From Clostridia bacterium (lineage in GTDB: Bacteria > Bacillota > Clostridia > UBA1381), in the NCBI GenBank assembly GCA_045649825.1, contig JAZRQO010000021.1, positions 6,388 to 70,387 on the forward strand: 64,000 nt of DNA. The letters are read 5' to 3'. Below the pieces are notes generated by a model, which was given only the letters and a program-made list of their open reading frames with translations, did no database searches and was not told the origin of the DNA. Positions 18,762 to 27,887 of the stretch are shown here, piece by piece (the stretch's first letter is position 1; each line of letters starts with the position of its first letter). A program made the translations under genes and the position numbers.

Positions 18762-18790
18762 TTGAAAAATGTCGGTTAGTCGTATATAAT
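18762..18790 (+). promoter_or_regulatory. Sigma-A type promoter
   Basis: TTGAAA (18762-18767), 17 nt, then TATAAT (18785-18790). Confidence 0.55.
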
Positions 18791-18837
18791 CATAGTATAA
18801 GATACAAAGGTTCCATATATGAGAAATGGAGTTTAAT

Positions 18838-20241
18838 ATGATAAAGAAATACTATATACATATAATAGCGATAATTACTATAATTACAATACTCTTGATT
18901 CCTCTCACATCACTGGGCGATAATAAAATAAGTATGACGCTTTATGCTGACAGGCCTGAAGCTACCATCGACGAGGTTAACCACCCCATAAGCGGAGTAC
19001 CTGTGATTATTGACGGAAAAACATATATTCCTGCAGATGATGTACTAACCCTTTGCGGTTTTACTCTGGGCTGGGACGATAGCAGTCACTCTGCCGTAGC
19101 GGTACGGGGAAAGCATACGAACTACATTGTTTTCGGAACAGAGGAAGGCATACTCTGGGCGGATGACAAGCGAATTTCCCTTTCTACCCCCCCTGTTATA
19201 TACAGAGGCCTTACATATATAAGCCTTGAAATGTTTGCTAATATGTCTGAAGATTCTATATACATCATAGGTACACCGAGGAATGTAAGGGATTTGCTTA
19301 TCGACACCGTTATAACCGACGAATACCGCCTCACAGGAAAGGGTACAACCTACAAGGGCGTAACCGTGGTAGGAAATACAGGAATGGAGCTTCTTACAAT
19401 CTCGGACAGTTCAGCAAAGGCTTATGCCGATATGGTAAACTCTGTTGCAGCAGCACTTCCTGATGTTAATGTATACAATATTGCAGTTCCCACGGCCAGC
19501 GAATTTTATGCTCCTAAGAACCTTTATACAAATCAGACTGCAGGCATTAAGAAGATTTACGAAAATTTAAGCCCCGAGGTTACACCGGTAAATGTAGTAA
19601 AACCCCTTATGGAGCATGCGGCTGAATTTATTTACTTCCGCACAGACCACCACTGGACACAGAAGGGTGCTTATTATGCCTACAAAGAATTTGCTGATAT
19701 AAAAGGGGAAACAATCGACCCTCTTGAAAGCTTCGAAGTTCATAATTCATACAGTCATGTTGGTTCCTTTGCAAGCTTTATGAGTGGAACATACGGTGCG
19801 AGCGTAATGCGAAGCAATCCCGATATGCTTCAGGTATTTATGCCTAAATACACTGCCGAGGGAGCCGCATATAACGATATGTATATGCGTAGTAAGAAAT
19901 GGAACCTTCAGGTTGTTTATCCCACCTTTAACAGTTACTCAGCATTTATAGGCGGCGACAACCCTCTTGCAGTTTTCCATACTTCAAATGCAAACGGGAA
20001 AAAGCTTGTTATTATTAAAGAGTCTTTTGGTACGGCTTTTGCTACCTGGGCAGTTAACAACTATGAATACATATTTGTTATAGACCCAAGGCAGTTCAAC
20101 GGTTTTGGCGGTCATACTGCAGGCTTTAACCTGAAAACATTTTATGAGCTTAACAAGTTTGACGACCTTGTTATTATAAACTATCCCGGTTCAATAGGTT
20201 CTGCAAGCTACAGAAGCTCGGTCCTGGGAATGATACGATAA
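18838..20241 (+). CDS. DHHW-family protein with an N-terminal copper-amine-oxidase-N-like (stalk) domain
   Basis: Signal anchor, then a VIIDGKTYIPADDVL...GWDD stalk-like repeat, then the YFRTDHHWTQKGAYYAY motif. GGAG lies 6 nt before the ATG at 18838. Confidence 0.75.
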   Translation: MIKKYYIHIIAIITIITILLIPLTSLGDNKISMTLYADRPEATIDEVNHPISGVPVIIDGKTYIPADDVLTLCGFTLGWDDSSHSAVAVRGKHTNYIVFGTEEGILWADDKRISLSTPPVIYRGLTYISLEMFANMSEDSIYIIGTPRNVRDLLIDTVITDEYRLTGKGTTYKGVTVVGNTGMELLTISDSSAKAYADMVNSVAAALPDVNVYNIAVPTASEFYAPKNLYTNQTAGIKKIYENLSPEVTPVNVVKPLMEHAAEFIYFRTDHHWTQKGAYYAYKEFADIKGETIDPLESFEVHNSYSHVGSFASFMSGTYGASVMRSNPDMLQVFMPKYTAEGAAYNDMYMRSKKWNLQVVYPTFNSYSAFIGGDNPLAVFHTSNANGKKLVIIKESFGTAFATWAVNNYEYIFVIDPRQFNGFGGHTAGFNLKTFYELNKFDDLVIINYPGSIGSASYRSSVLGMIR

Positions 20242-20244
20242 TGA

Positions 20245-20284
20245 AAAAAGTCAGAAACAGTTAATTCGTTTCTGACTTTTTTGA
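20245..20284. terminator. Bidirectional intrinsic terminator
   Basis: A-run, then stem GTCAGAAAC (20251-20259) / GTTTCTGAC (20269-20277), then T-run, between convergent genes. Confidence 0.8.
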
Positions 20285-20286
20285 TT

Positions 20287-20976
20287 CTAAGTTAAAAGTA
20301 TTCCTCTCATGAGTTCTATAGCCTTTTTTTCAATTCTTGAAACCTGAACCTGGGAAACTCCTATAAGCTTTGCAATTTCCGCCTGGGTTTTGCTTTTCAT
20401 AAACCTCAGAACAATAACCTGACGCTCTCTCGGTGGCAGACTTCCGAGAGCCTGACTTACCATTAACCTGTCTACCGTTTCCTCTTCATATGAAATCCCG
20501 TACTGCTTTTTTAGCCCCTCCTCCGGCTCTGCATCCATCGACACACATCCGCTGCAAGCTTCAAATGCATATAAAAGCTCTTCACAGGGAACTCCGCATT
20601 CCTTGGAAATCTCAGATACCGTGGGCTCTTTTCCTGTTCTTTTTTTTATGCTCTCTGCTGTACGCTTCCCTTTAGCTGCATTTTCCTTTACGGTTCTGCT
20701 GATTTTTATAATTCCGTCATCACGCAAAAATCTCCTGATTTCCCCCGAAATCATTGGTACCGCATAGGTGGAAAAACATACGCCATAATCTTTATCAAAC
20801 CTTTTTACAGCTTTTATAAGCCCGATTGCACCTATTTGTATTAAATCTTCGAGCTCGCAGTCACGCCCTGCAAACATCCTCGCCACAGAGTATACAAGCC
20901 CCATATTATTTTCAACTGTACTGTCAAACGCCATTTTGTCATCTGTTGAAACCGACGGCGTCTGACTATTGTTCAT
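20287..20976 (-). CDS. sigF: RNA polymerase sporulation sigma factor SigF
   Basis: Sigma-70 regions 2-4 (DLIQIGAIGLIKAVKRFD, YAVPMISGEIRRFLRD, SQVQVSRIEKKA). It is the third gene of the spoIIA operon. Confidence 0.9.
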   Translation of the reverse strand: MNNSQTPSVSTDDKMAFDSTVENNMGLVYSVARMFAGRDCELEDLIQIGAIGLIKAVKRFDKDYGVCFSTYAVPMISGEIRRFLRDDGIIKISRTVKENAAKGKRTAESIKKRTGKEPTVSEISKECGVPCEELLYAFEACSGCVSMDAEPEEGLKKQYGISYEEETVDRLMVSQALGSLPPRERQVIVLRFMKSKTQAEIAKLIGVSQVQVSRIEKKAIELMRGILLT

Positions 20977-21406
20977 TACTTTTATCACCGCCTGAGAGTG
21001 TTTTGGTCATAACCACTTTTGTGCCTTTATCCTTAGCACTTTCTACAAGTACGCTATCCATAAAAGCCTCCATAACCGTAAAGCCCATGCCGCTTCGCTC
21101 CGAACCCTCGGCACCTGTATAAAGGGGAGTTCTTGCAAGCTCCACATCCTCAATTCCTTTGCCTTTATCTGAAATTGTAAATGTTACGGTTAAATTATCC
21201 CTCTTGCCTTCAAGAATAACAGCGCCACCTTTTTCACCGTATCCATGGATTATGGCATTGGTTACCGCTTCCGAAACCGCCGTTTTTATATCAGATAACT
21301 CCTCACAGGTTGGGTCTATATCCATTACAAATCCCGCCGCAACCATACGTGCAAAGCTTTCATTACATGCAAGCCCCGGGAACTCTGCTTTAAATTCATT
21401 AAACAT
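20966..21406 (-). CDS. spoIIAB: Anti-sigma F factor (serine kinase)
   Basis: HATPase-like motifs (AVSEAVTNAIIHGY, GMGFTVM) and its position in the operon. Confidence 0.9.
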   Translation of the reverse strand: MFNEFKAEFPGLACNESFARMVAAGFVMDIDPTCEELSDIKTAVSEAVTNAIIHGYGEKGGAVILEGKRDNLTVTFTISDKGKGIEDVELARTPLYTGAEGSERSGMGFTVMEAFMDSVLVESAKDKGTKVVMTKTLSGGDKSNEQ

Positions 21407-21423
21407 ATGTAAATCACCGCCTT

Positions 21424-21729
21424 CTAGTATATTTCCGCTATTTTATCTATTCCCGACATTCGCATAATTCGTTCAATACCGGGACGCATACCGAATAACA
21501 CTATTCTGCCTCCCAATGCCTTTACTGTTTTATATCTTCCGAGAATCAGGCCTATTCCCGAACTATCCATAAATGAAATTCCTGAAAAATCAAAGGCTAT
21601 ATTTACAGCTCCTGTTTTTAAAAGCTCGTCCTCAACTGCTTTTTTTATCATCTTTACCCGAAAGTGATCAATCTCTCCCGTAAGACGTACCGTAAGAAGC
21701 TTTTGTTCACCTGAAAGCTCAATTGTCAT
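21424..21729 (-). CDS. spoIIAA: Anti-sigma F factor antagonist (STAS)
   Basis: 101-aa STAS protein with DFSGISFMDSSGIGLILGRY, which contains the phosphorylatable Ser. Confidence 0.9.
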   Translation of the reverse strand: MTIELSGEQKLLTVRLTGEIDHFRVKMIKKAVEDELLKTGAVNIAFDFSGISFMDSSGIGLILGRYKTVKALGGRIVLFGMRPGIERIMRMSGIDKIAEIY

Positions 21730-21810
21730 ATAACCACCCTTTCATATCATTGACAAAACGAAATTTTTGTAGTAAACTATACTGGACTTTAAATTATTGG
21801 AGATGTTTAT

Positions 21811-22668
21811 TTGAAAAAAGGTTATCTTTACGTACTTGCTGCTGCAATTCTTTGGGGCACTCTCCCCCTTGCCTGCAGATTTGTTTATTCTTTCGGATGT
21901 GACTCCTTAACCGCTGCTGCAGCCCGGGCTTATTTTGCTGCTTTGATTTTTGCCGTACTTTTCCTTGTTAAAGGCACTTTTCGGCAAATAAAGATAAAAG
22001 ATATCCCATTCTATATTATTTACGGGATAACAGGCGTTGGCGGAACATTTTTATTCTATATGCTTGCAGTGGAAAGGTTGTCCACTGCTATGGCTTCCAT
22101 ACTTTTGTATACTGCGCCTGCATTCGTTATACTGTTTTCACGTATATTCTATAAAGAAAAAATCACCCGAACAAAGCTCCTTGCTCTCTTAGGCACCACC
22201 CTCGGCTCGGCACTTGTGTTACGGGTATACGATCCGTCGTTTTTTACGGGAAATATTCTGAATATATTTATCGGTCTGCTTTCGGGAATCAGCTACTCAC
22301 TTGTAACCGTTCTGGGTAAGCTTGCAAAAAAGAAAGCTTCGCCCGAAATAAATTCAGGACTTATGATTATTTTCGGGTCACTTATTTTTCTTTTTATAAA
22401 ACCACCCACCTCAATCATAGTCCCTCACATTCCAACCCTTGCAGGCTACATATATCTGGCAGTTTTCGGAAGTGTGCTGCCATACATTCTTTATTTAAAA
22501 GGCCTTAGTTTCGGAATAGACGGCGGCTACGCTTCTGTCACCGCTTCGGTCGAACCTGTTGTGGCAACCTTGCTTTGTGCCGCCGTTTTCCGTGAAGGAA
22601 TTGAAGCCTTACAGCTTATAGGTATTATAGCAGTTTTCGTTTCAATAGTATTTGCAGTAAAAAGATAA
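21811..22668 (+). CDS. EamA/DMT family transporter
   Basis: 10-TM protein with duplicated EamA-like halves and a TTG start. Confidence 0.7.
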   Translation: MKKGYLYVLAAAILWGTLPLACRFVYSFGCDSLTAAAARAYFAALIFAVLFLVKGTFRQIKIKDIPFYIIYGITGVGGTFLFYMLAVERLSTAMASILLYTAPAFVILFSRIFYKEKITRTKLLALLGTTLGSALVLRVYDPSFFTGNILNIFIGLLSGISYSLVTVLGKLAKKKASPEINSGLMIIFGSLIFLFIKPPTSIIVPHIPTLAGYIYLAVFGSVLPYILYLKGLSFGIDGGYASVTASVEPVVATLLCAAVFREGIEALQLIGIIAVFVSIVFAVKR

Positions 22669-22692
22669 TGTCAGCCAAGCAGGCTGACATTT
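22668..22692. terminator. Hairpin between convergent genes (probable terminator)
   Basis: 9-bp stem ATGTCAGCC (22668-22676) / GGCTGACAT (22682-22690). The U-tracts are weak. Confidence 0.45.
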
Positions 22693-23485
22693 AATCTGCT
22701 GCTTTTTTTAAATCAATTACAAATCTTGAACCCCAGTCGTGGGTTTCGGATGTCATCTCCGCATCTACTCCGGTTTCCTTTATATAATCAACAGCCCGGC
22801 TTACGGTGTTTGAAAACACTCTCACATCACCGTTTCCTACATCACTCTGCTTTTCAGGGTGTTTTGTAAGGATATCCTCTATCAGCTTTTCAGTATCCGA
22901 GGCAGATAAATTGTCTTTATGTATATGCTTTACAACGCTCATCTGCAAATCTTCATCGCTAAGTGCCAGAAGAGCTCTTGCATGACGTTCGCTAAGCAAA
23001 AAGTCCCTTACAAGCCTTTGAACCCTTGAAGGAAGCCTTAAAAGGCGCATTTTATTGGCAACCGCCGCACGGCTTATGCCTATTTTTTTTGCAAACTCAT
23101 CTTGAGTAAGTCCCTGATTTCTAATAAGATTTTTATATCCTTCTGCAATTTCAAAAAAACATAAATCTTCCCTTTGCAGATTTTCAAGCAATGTCATAAC
23201 AGCAGAAGTATCGTCATCTGCATCAACTATTATTCCCGGCACCATATCAAGCCCTGCTCCGATTGCGGCACGTACACGGCGTTCCCCCGAAATAAGCTCA
23301 TACATATCACCTTTTTGCCTTACGGTAACCGGCTGAATTATTCCATATTCTTTTACTGTCCGAATAAGCTCATTCATTTTCAAAGAATCAAAACGTGAAC
23401 GCGGTGTGTTTGGATTAGGTAGAATAAGCTCTATTGGAATATCATAAATTTCTGAATAGTATATTTCGTTTTTTGTGTGTTTCAT
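22691..23485 (-). CDS. noc: ParB/Spo0J-family protein, probably nucleoid occlusion protein Noc
   Basis: ParB N-domain (PNPNTPRSRFD, ISGERRVRAA) and an HTH (TQDEFAKKIGISRAAVANKMRLLRL). It is directly downstream of rsmG. Confidence 0.75.
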   Translation of the reverse strand: MKHTKNEIYYSEIYDIPIELILPNPNTPRSRFDSLKMNELIRTVKEYGIIQPVTVRQKGDMYELISGERRVRAAIGAGLDMVPGIIVDADDDTSAVMTLLENLQREDLCFFEIAEGYKNLIRNQGLTQDEFAKKIGISRAAVANKMRLLRLPSRVQRLVRDFLLSERHARALLALSDEDLQMSVVKHIHKDNLSASDTEKLIEDILTKHPEKQSDVGNGDVRVFSNTVSRAVDYIKETGVDAEMTSETHDWGSRFVIDLKKAAD

Positions 23486-23607
23486 AATTAACTCCTCTTT
23501 TCTGCCTTGTGGGGTTTCACCGCCGCAGGACATATTCCTGCGGCGGTAACCCTCGGTGGTGGAAGGTGTAAGACTTGTTTGGGGGTATCATTTGTCCTAC
23601 AAGCTAT

Positions 23608-23635
23608 ATTTTAACATAAATACCATAAATTTCAA
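23608..23635 (-). promoter_or_regulatory. Candidate sigma-A promoter for noc
   Basis: The minus strand reads TTGAAA (23635-23630), 16 nt, then TGT-TAAAAT (23613-23608). Confidence 0.45.
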
Positions 23636-23649
23636 GAAAAATCGTGCGA

Positions 23650-23680
23650 CAAAAAAACCGCAAATTTTACTTTGCGGTTT
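23650..23680 (-). terminator. Intrinsic terminator of rsmG
   Basis: Stem ACCGCAAA (23657-23664) / TTTGCGGT (23671-23678) overlaps the stop codon. A U-run follows on the minus strand. Confidence 0.7.
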
Positions 23681-24407
23681 TTTTCGGTATATTATAACAT
23701 GTTTCTATGGGGGATTTTGTAATTAATCCGGGTTTCCTGGGGAATTTTACGGGAGTATGTCGCACTTTTTTTATAACAACTATTTTGTGTTCAAGCTCCG
23801 TTCCGGGAATTGACGCATTATAAACCCCGGGAGTATCTCCTCCGAGAATAGTTATTGCTCTCTTTGCTGCGGCTATTTCCTCATCCGCCGCAGGACCTTT
23901 AAGAGCAAGAAATGTTCCTCCCTGCTTAACATAGGGAATACATAATTCCGACAATAGCGGAAGCTGTGCCACTGCGCGGGATACTACCGTATCGAATCCT
24001 TCACGAAGCTCCTTTTTGTGGCCCCCGTCCTCAGCACGGGAATGTATAAACTCCACACCATCAATTCCAAGCTTCTCTGTTACCTCGCGCAGAAAATTCA
24101 AACGCTTATTCAAAGAATCGAGAAGAGTAAGCTTTATTTCAGGCTTCATAATTTTAAGAACAAGTCCCGGAAAGCCTGCACCCGTTCCCACATCAATCAC
24201 CCGTCCCTGAACCATTCCTGTACAAATTGCTGTGGCACTATCCAAAAAATGCTTGGTTGCAATTTCATTCAGCTCGATAATGGCAGTAAGGTTTATTTTC
24301 TCATTCCATTCTGTAAGAAGCTTTGCATATTCCTCAAGCTGTAAAATCTGCTTTTCATTAAATGGAATTTCCAAGCTGTCAAATCCGTTTTTCAGAATTT
24401 CTTTCAT
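23667..24407 (-). CDS. rsmG: 16S rRNA (guanine527-N7)-methyltransferase
   Basis: GidB-family motifs (NLTAI, VIDVGTGAGFPGL). Confidence 0.9.
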   Translation of the reverse strand: MKEILKNGFDSLEIPFNEKQILQLEEYAKLLTEWNEKINLTAIIELNEIATKHFLDSATAICTGMVQGRVIDVGTGAGFPGLVLKIMKPEIKLTLLDSLNKRLNFLREVTEKLGIDGVEFIHSRAEDGGHKKELREGFDTVVSRAVAQLPLLSELCIPYVKQGGTFLALKGPAADEEIAAAKRAITILGGDTPGVYNASIPGTELEHKIVVIKKVRHTPVKFPRKPGLITKSPIETCYNIPKKTAK

Positions 24408-24419
24408 ATCGGTTAACCC

Positions 24420-25772
24420 TCAACCCAGAAGCTTTTCTATAAGGTCTGCAAGCTCACGGGCTTTTTTTGTTATGTAGTCCTTATCGCTGCCCTCAATCAT
24501 AACACGTACTAAAGGCTCTGTACCTGACGGACGAATAAGAACTCTGCCCTTTCCGTCAAATTCTGCCTCAAGCTCATTGCAGGCTTTGGCAATTTCGGGA
24601 ATTTCCATATATCTCTCTTTATTCTCAAGCTTAACCTTCGCATTAATAAGCACCTGGGGAAGAACATCTATAACCTTTGCAGCAACGGATGTTTTAAGAC
24701 CTGTTTTCTTAAGCATAGCAAGGAATTGAAGCGCACTCACAAGTCCGTCACCGGTTGTATTATGCTCAAGGAAAATAATGTGTCCTGACTGTTCACCGCC
24801 AAGATTGAAGCCGCCTTCCAGCATACGCTCAAGAACGTATCTGTCGCCAACCTTTGTTTGCTCCACATTTATTCCCTTATCCTTACCAAAGAGGGTAAGT
24901 CCGAGATTACTCATAACGGTTGCAACAAGAGTGTCGCCCTTAAGTGTTCCCATTTCTTTCATATGATGGGCACACATTGCCATAACCTGGTCGCCGTCTA
25001 TGATATTACCCTTTTCATCCACTGCAAGCATTCTGTCAGCATCACCGTCAAATGCAATACCCACATCTGCACCGATTGATGTTACATATGCCTGAAGGCT
25101 CTCCATATGTGTTGAGCCGCAATCGGCATTAATATTTACTCCGTCGGGAGTGTTATGAATTGCCTCAACTGCAGCACCAAGCTTATTCAGTGCTTTGAAT
25201 GCAGTCTGATAGCTTGCACCGTTTGCACAATCAATGGCAACCTTCAAACCGTCAAGCCTGCAATCAATTGTAGAAATAGCAAAATTAACATAATCTTCCA
25301 CTGCATTATGGTTTGCACTTACATACCCTACTTCGCCGTGGGTAGGCAAATTCTCAATTGTTTTTCTGCCAAGGATATAGTCCTCAATTTCGTTTTCAAT
25401 TTCATCGCTTAGCTTATAACCTTCTGAATTGAAGAACTTAATTCCGTTATATTCACAGGGGTTATGCGATGCAGAAATAACAACACCTGCATCCGCCTTA
25501 TAAAGGCGTGTGAGATATGCTACTGCAGGTGTGGGAACAACACCAAGCGGAATAACCTTTGCACCTACTGAGCAAAGCCCCGCAGTAAGTGCTGCCTCCA
25601 GCATATCACCTGATTGTCTTGTATCTTTACCGATTAATATTCTTGGTCTTTTATTATTAGTTGACTTTGTTAATACATATGCACCGCTTCTGCCTGTTTT
25701 AAATGCAAGCTCTGCAGTGAGTTCTTTATTTGCAACACCTCTGATACCGTCTGTACCGAACAATGCACCCAT
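24420..25772 (-). CDS. glmM: Phosphoglucosamine mutase
   Basis: FGTDGIRGVAN, active-site ISASHNP, FDGDADR, GGEQSGH. Confidence 0.95.
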   Translation of the reverse strand: MGALFGTDGIRGVANKELTAELAFKTGRSGAYVLTKSTNNKRPRILIGKDTRQSGDMLEAALTAGLCSVGAKVIPLGVVPTPAVAYLTRLYKADAGVVISASHNPCEYNGIKFFNSEGYKLSDEIENEIEDYILGRKTIENLPTHGEVGYVSANHNAVEDYVNFAISTIDCRLDGLKVAIDCANGASYQTAFKALNKLGAAVEAIHNTPDGVNINADCGSTHMESLQAYVTSIGADVGIAFDGDADRMLAVDEKGNIIDGDQVMAMCAHHMKEMGTLKGDTLVATVMSNLGLTLFGKDKGINVEQTKVGDRYVLERMLEGGFNLGGEQSGHIIFLEHNTTGDGLVSALQFLAMLKKTGLKTSVAAKVIDVLPQVLINAKVKLENKERYMEIPEIAKACNELEAEFDGKGRVLIRPSGTEPLVRVMIEGSDKDYITKKARELADLIEKLLG

Positions 25773-25809
25773 ATTTTAACTTCCTTTCCGATTATTAATT
25801 AACATTACA

Positions 25810-25838
25810 ATTATATACTATACGGCTTTTTTTGTCAA
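25810..25838 (-). promoter_or_regulatory. Consensus sigma-A promoter of glmM-rsmG
   Basis: The minus strand reads TTGACA (25838-25833), 17 nt, then TATAAT (25815-25810). Confidence 0.65.
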
Positions 25839-25939
25839 TGGAATTTATGAAAAAGTGTTTACCTGATTTCATACATTTGTGCAATCAAGTATTATTATTT
25901 ATAAAAACAGATATTTTTAACATTTATTATCTTCATTTA

Positions 25940-25968
25940 TTGACATATTTTTTAAGATGTGATATACT
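25940..25968 (+). promoter_or_regulatory. Sigma-A promoter for the DHHW/stalk-domain gene pair
   Basis: TTGACA (25940-25945), 17 nt, then TGA-TATACT (25963-25968). Confidence 0.6.
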
Positions 25969-26003
25969 GAGGCTTGTGATTTGTTAAGAGAAGGGGGCAT
26001 TAT

Positions 26004-27368
26004 ATGAAAAAACTTTGGTTGTGCGTTACATTATTAATCTTATTCCATAGCGTATTAACGGTTAAAGCGGAAAACGACATTACCATTTGGGTTAACGGAG
26101 AATGCACACAGTTTTCAGACCAACAGCCCGTTATATTAAACGACAGAACCCTGCTCCCCATAAATCCTGTAGCAACCAAGATGGGCAAGAAAGTTGAATG
26201 GAACGAAAAAACATCTGTTGTAACGGTTTTTGATAATAACACCGTGCTTAAGCTTGTCCCGGGAAATGATGAAATGATTAAAAACGGCGAGAGGGTTATA
26301 CTGGACACTCCACCCGTTATTATAAATGACAGAACCTGCCTTCCCCTCCGTGCAATTGCCGAGGCTTTTGGCGCACAAGTTTTCTGGGAAGACGCTTCAA
26401 AAGAAGCACATATTGTAACTGCGGATATTTTTGAAAAAGTTGAAGAAAAGGTTATAGGAGATGAATTCCGAACAGAGGAAACTGATATCGCAGACTGCGG
26501 TAACTGTTATTCCCTGAACGGAAAGTATTTTTTCAGTCCCGTTACCATTAATACATATAATGCATTGAGGTACGCCAAAATTGTAAACAAATTTGCAGAA
26601 GAACTCCCGGAAGTCAATATATACAGTATGCTTGTCCCCGACTCCTGCGAGATTTATGCACCAAAAAGATTTTATACAGGGCAATGGCAGGCTTTTGAGT
26701 GTGTATACTCCAACCTTTCCGAAAAGGTTACGCCTATTCGTGTCACTGAAAAGCTGATTGAGCGTAGTGACGAGAGAATTTACTTCGATACAGACCATCA
26801 CTGGACGCATAGGGGTTCATATTATGCCTGGGAAAGCTTCTGCGAAGTAAAAGGCTTCACACTTCCTGAGCTTTCAAATTATGAGGCAGATACAATCGCG
26901 TTTTCAGGCTCTTATGTAAGCAGAATGCCTGAGGACAAAAAGACCGATGACCTTATTACTTCCGAAAACATGGTCCGTTATCTTCCCATATATGAAACGG
27001 ACGTCACTGTATATTCCGACAGTGAAATGACTAAAAAACTGGGAAAAACTCCTCTTATTAACACAAAAAACAATGCTTACGCCTGCTTTATTTCAGGCGA
27101 CCATCCCCTTACCGTTATTAAAAGCAGCGTAGGTAACGGAAAAAAGCTTGCACTTATAAAAGAGTCATTCGGAAACGCTCTTGCTACGTGGGCAGTTAAC
27201 AATTATGAGTATGTTTATGTAATTGACATAAGGGGATTTAAAGGCGGTATGCTTAAAATTTCCGAATTTTACGATAGAACAAAATTTGATGACCTGATTA
27301 TAGAGAGCTATCCCACAACGGTTGAAAGCTCGGACCTGAGAGGTTATCTGGCAGAAATGGTAAATTAA
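26004..27368 (+). CDS. DHHW-family protein with an N-terminal copper-amine-oxidase-N-like domain
   Basis: Signal peptide, then stalk-like repeats (VILNDRTLLPINPVA, VIINDRTCLPLRAIAEAFG), then YFDTDHHWTHRGSYYAW. Confidence 0.75.
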   Translation: MKKLWLCVTLLILFHSVLTVKAENDITIWVNGECTQFSDQQPVILNDRTLLPINPVATKMGKKVEWNEKTSVVTVFDNNTVLKLVPGNDEMIKNGERVILDTPPVIINDRTCLPLRAIAEAFGAQVFWEDASKEAHIVTADIFEKVEEKVIGDEFRTEETDIADCGNCYSLNGKYFFSPVTINTYNALRYAKIVNKFAEELPEVNIYSMLVPDSCEIYAPKRFYTGQWQAFECVYSNLSEKVTPIRVTEKLIERSDERIYFDTDHHWTHRGSYYAWESFCEVKGFTLPELSNYEADTIAFSGSYVSRMPEDKKTDDLITSENMVRYLPIYETDVTVYSDSEMTKKLGKTPLINTKNNAYACFISGDHPLTVIKSSVGNGKKLALIKESFGNALATWAVNNYEYVYVIDIRGFKGGMLKISEFYDRTKFDDLIIESYPTTVESSDLRGYLAEMVN

Positions 27369-27383
27369 AGGAGAAAGAAAATC

Positions 27384-27848
27384 ATGAAGAAAATTATAAG
27401 CCTCATACTTTGCACAATGGCAATTTTATCAAGCTTCACTGCAAATGCAGAAAGTGAAGTGAGTGTAGTTGTAGACGGAAACAAAATTCAGTTTCCCGAC
27501 CAGGGTCCTGTTATTATTGACGGACGTACAATGGTCCCAATACGAAGCGTAATGGAAGCACTTGGTATGAAAGTGGGATGGGACGGAGAAAATAATATGG
27601 TTACCGTTAGCAACGGTGAAAGCACCGTTAAACTTGGTATTAACAGAAATACCATGATTAATGAGGCTACCGATATGATGACGGGTGAAACAATGACGTT
27701 TGAAAGCGAGCTTGAGGTTGCACCCCTGCTTATTAACGATAGAACCTGCCTTCCAATCCGTGCCGTTGTGGAAGCCTTCGGAATTGCAGTTTCCTGGGAC
27801 GAAGAAACTCGCTCGGTTATGATAATGTCGGATATATTACTCTGTTAG
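27384..27848 (+). CDS. Secreted copper-amine-oxidase-N-like (stalk) domain protein
   Basis: Signal peptide and two repeats (VIIDGRTMVPIRSVMEALG, LLINDRTCLPIRAVVEAFG). Confidence 0.7.
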   Translation: MKKIISLILCTMAILSSFTANAESEVSVVVDGNKIQFPDQGPVIIDGRTMVPIRSVMEALGMKVGWDGENNMVTVSNGESTVKLGINRNTMINEATDMMTGETMTFESELEVAPLLINDRTCLPIRAVVEAFGIAVSWDEETRSVMIMSDILLC

Positions 27849-27851
27849 AGC

Positions 27852-27887
27852 AAAAAAAGCGTATCACGCAATGTGATACGTTTTTTT
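27852..27887. terminator. Bidirectional intrinsic terminator
   Basis: A-run, then stem GCGTATCAC (27859-27867) / GTGATACG (27873-27880), then T-run. Confidence 0.8.
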
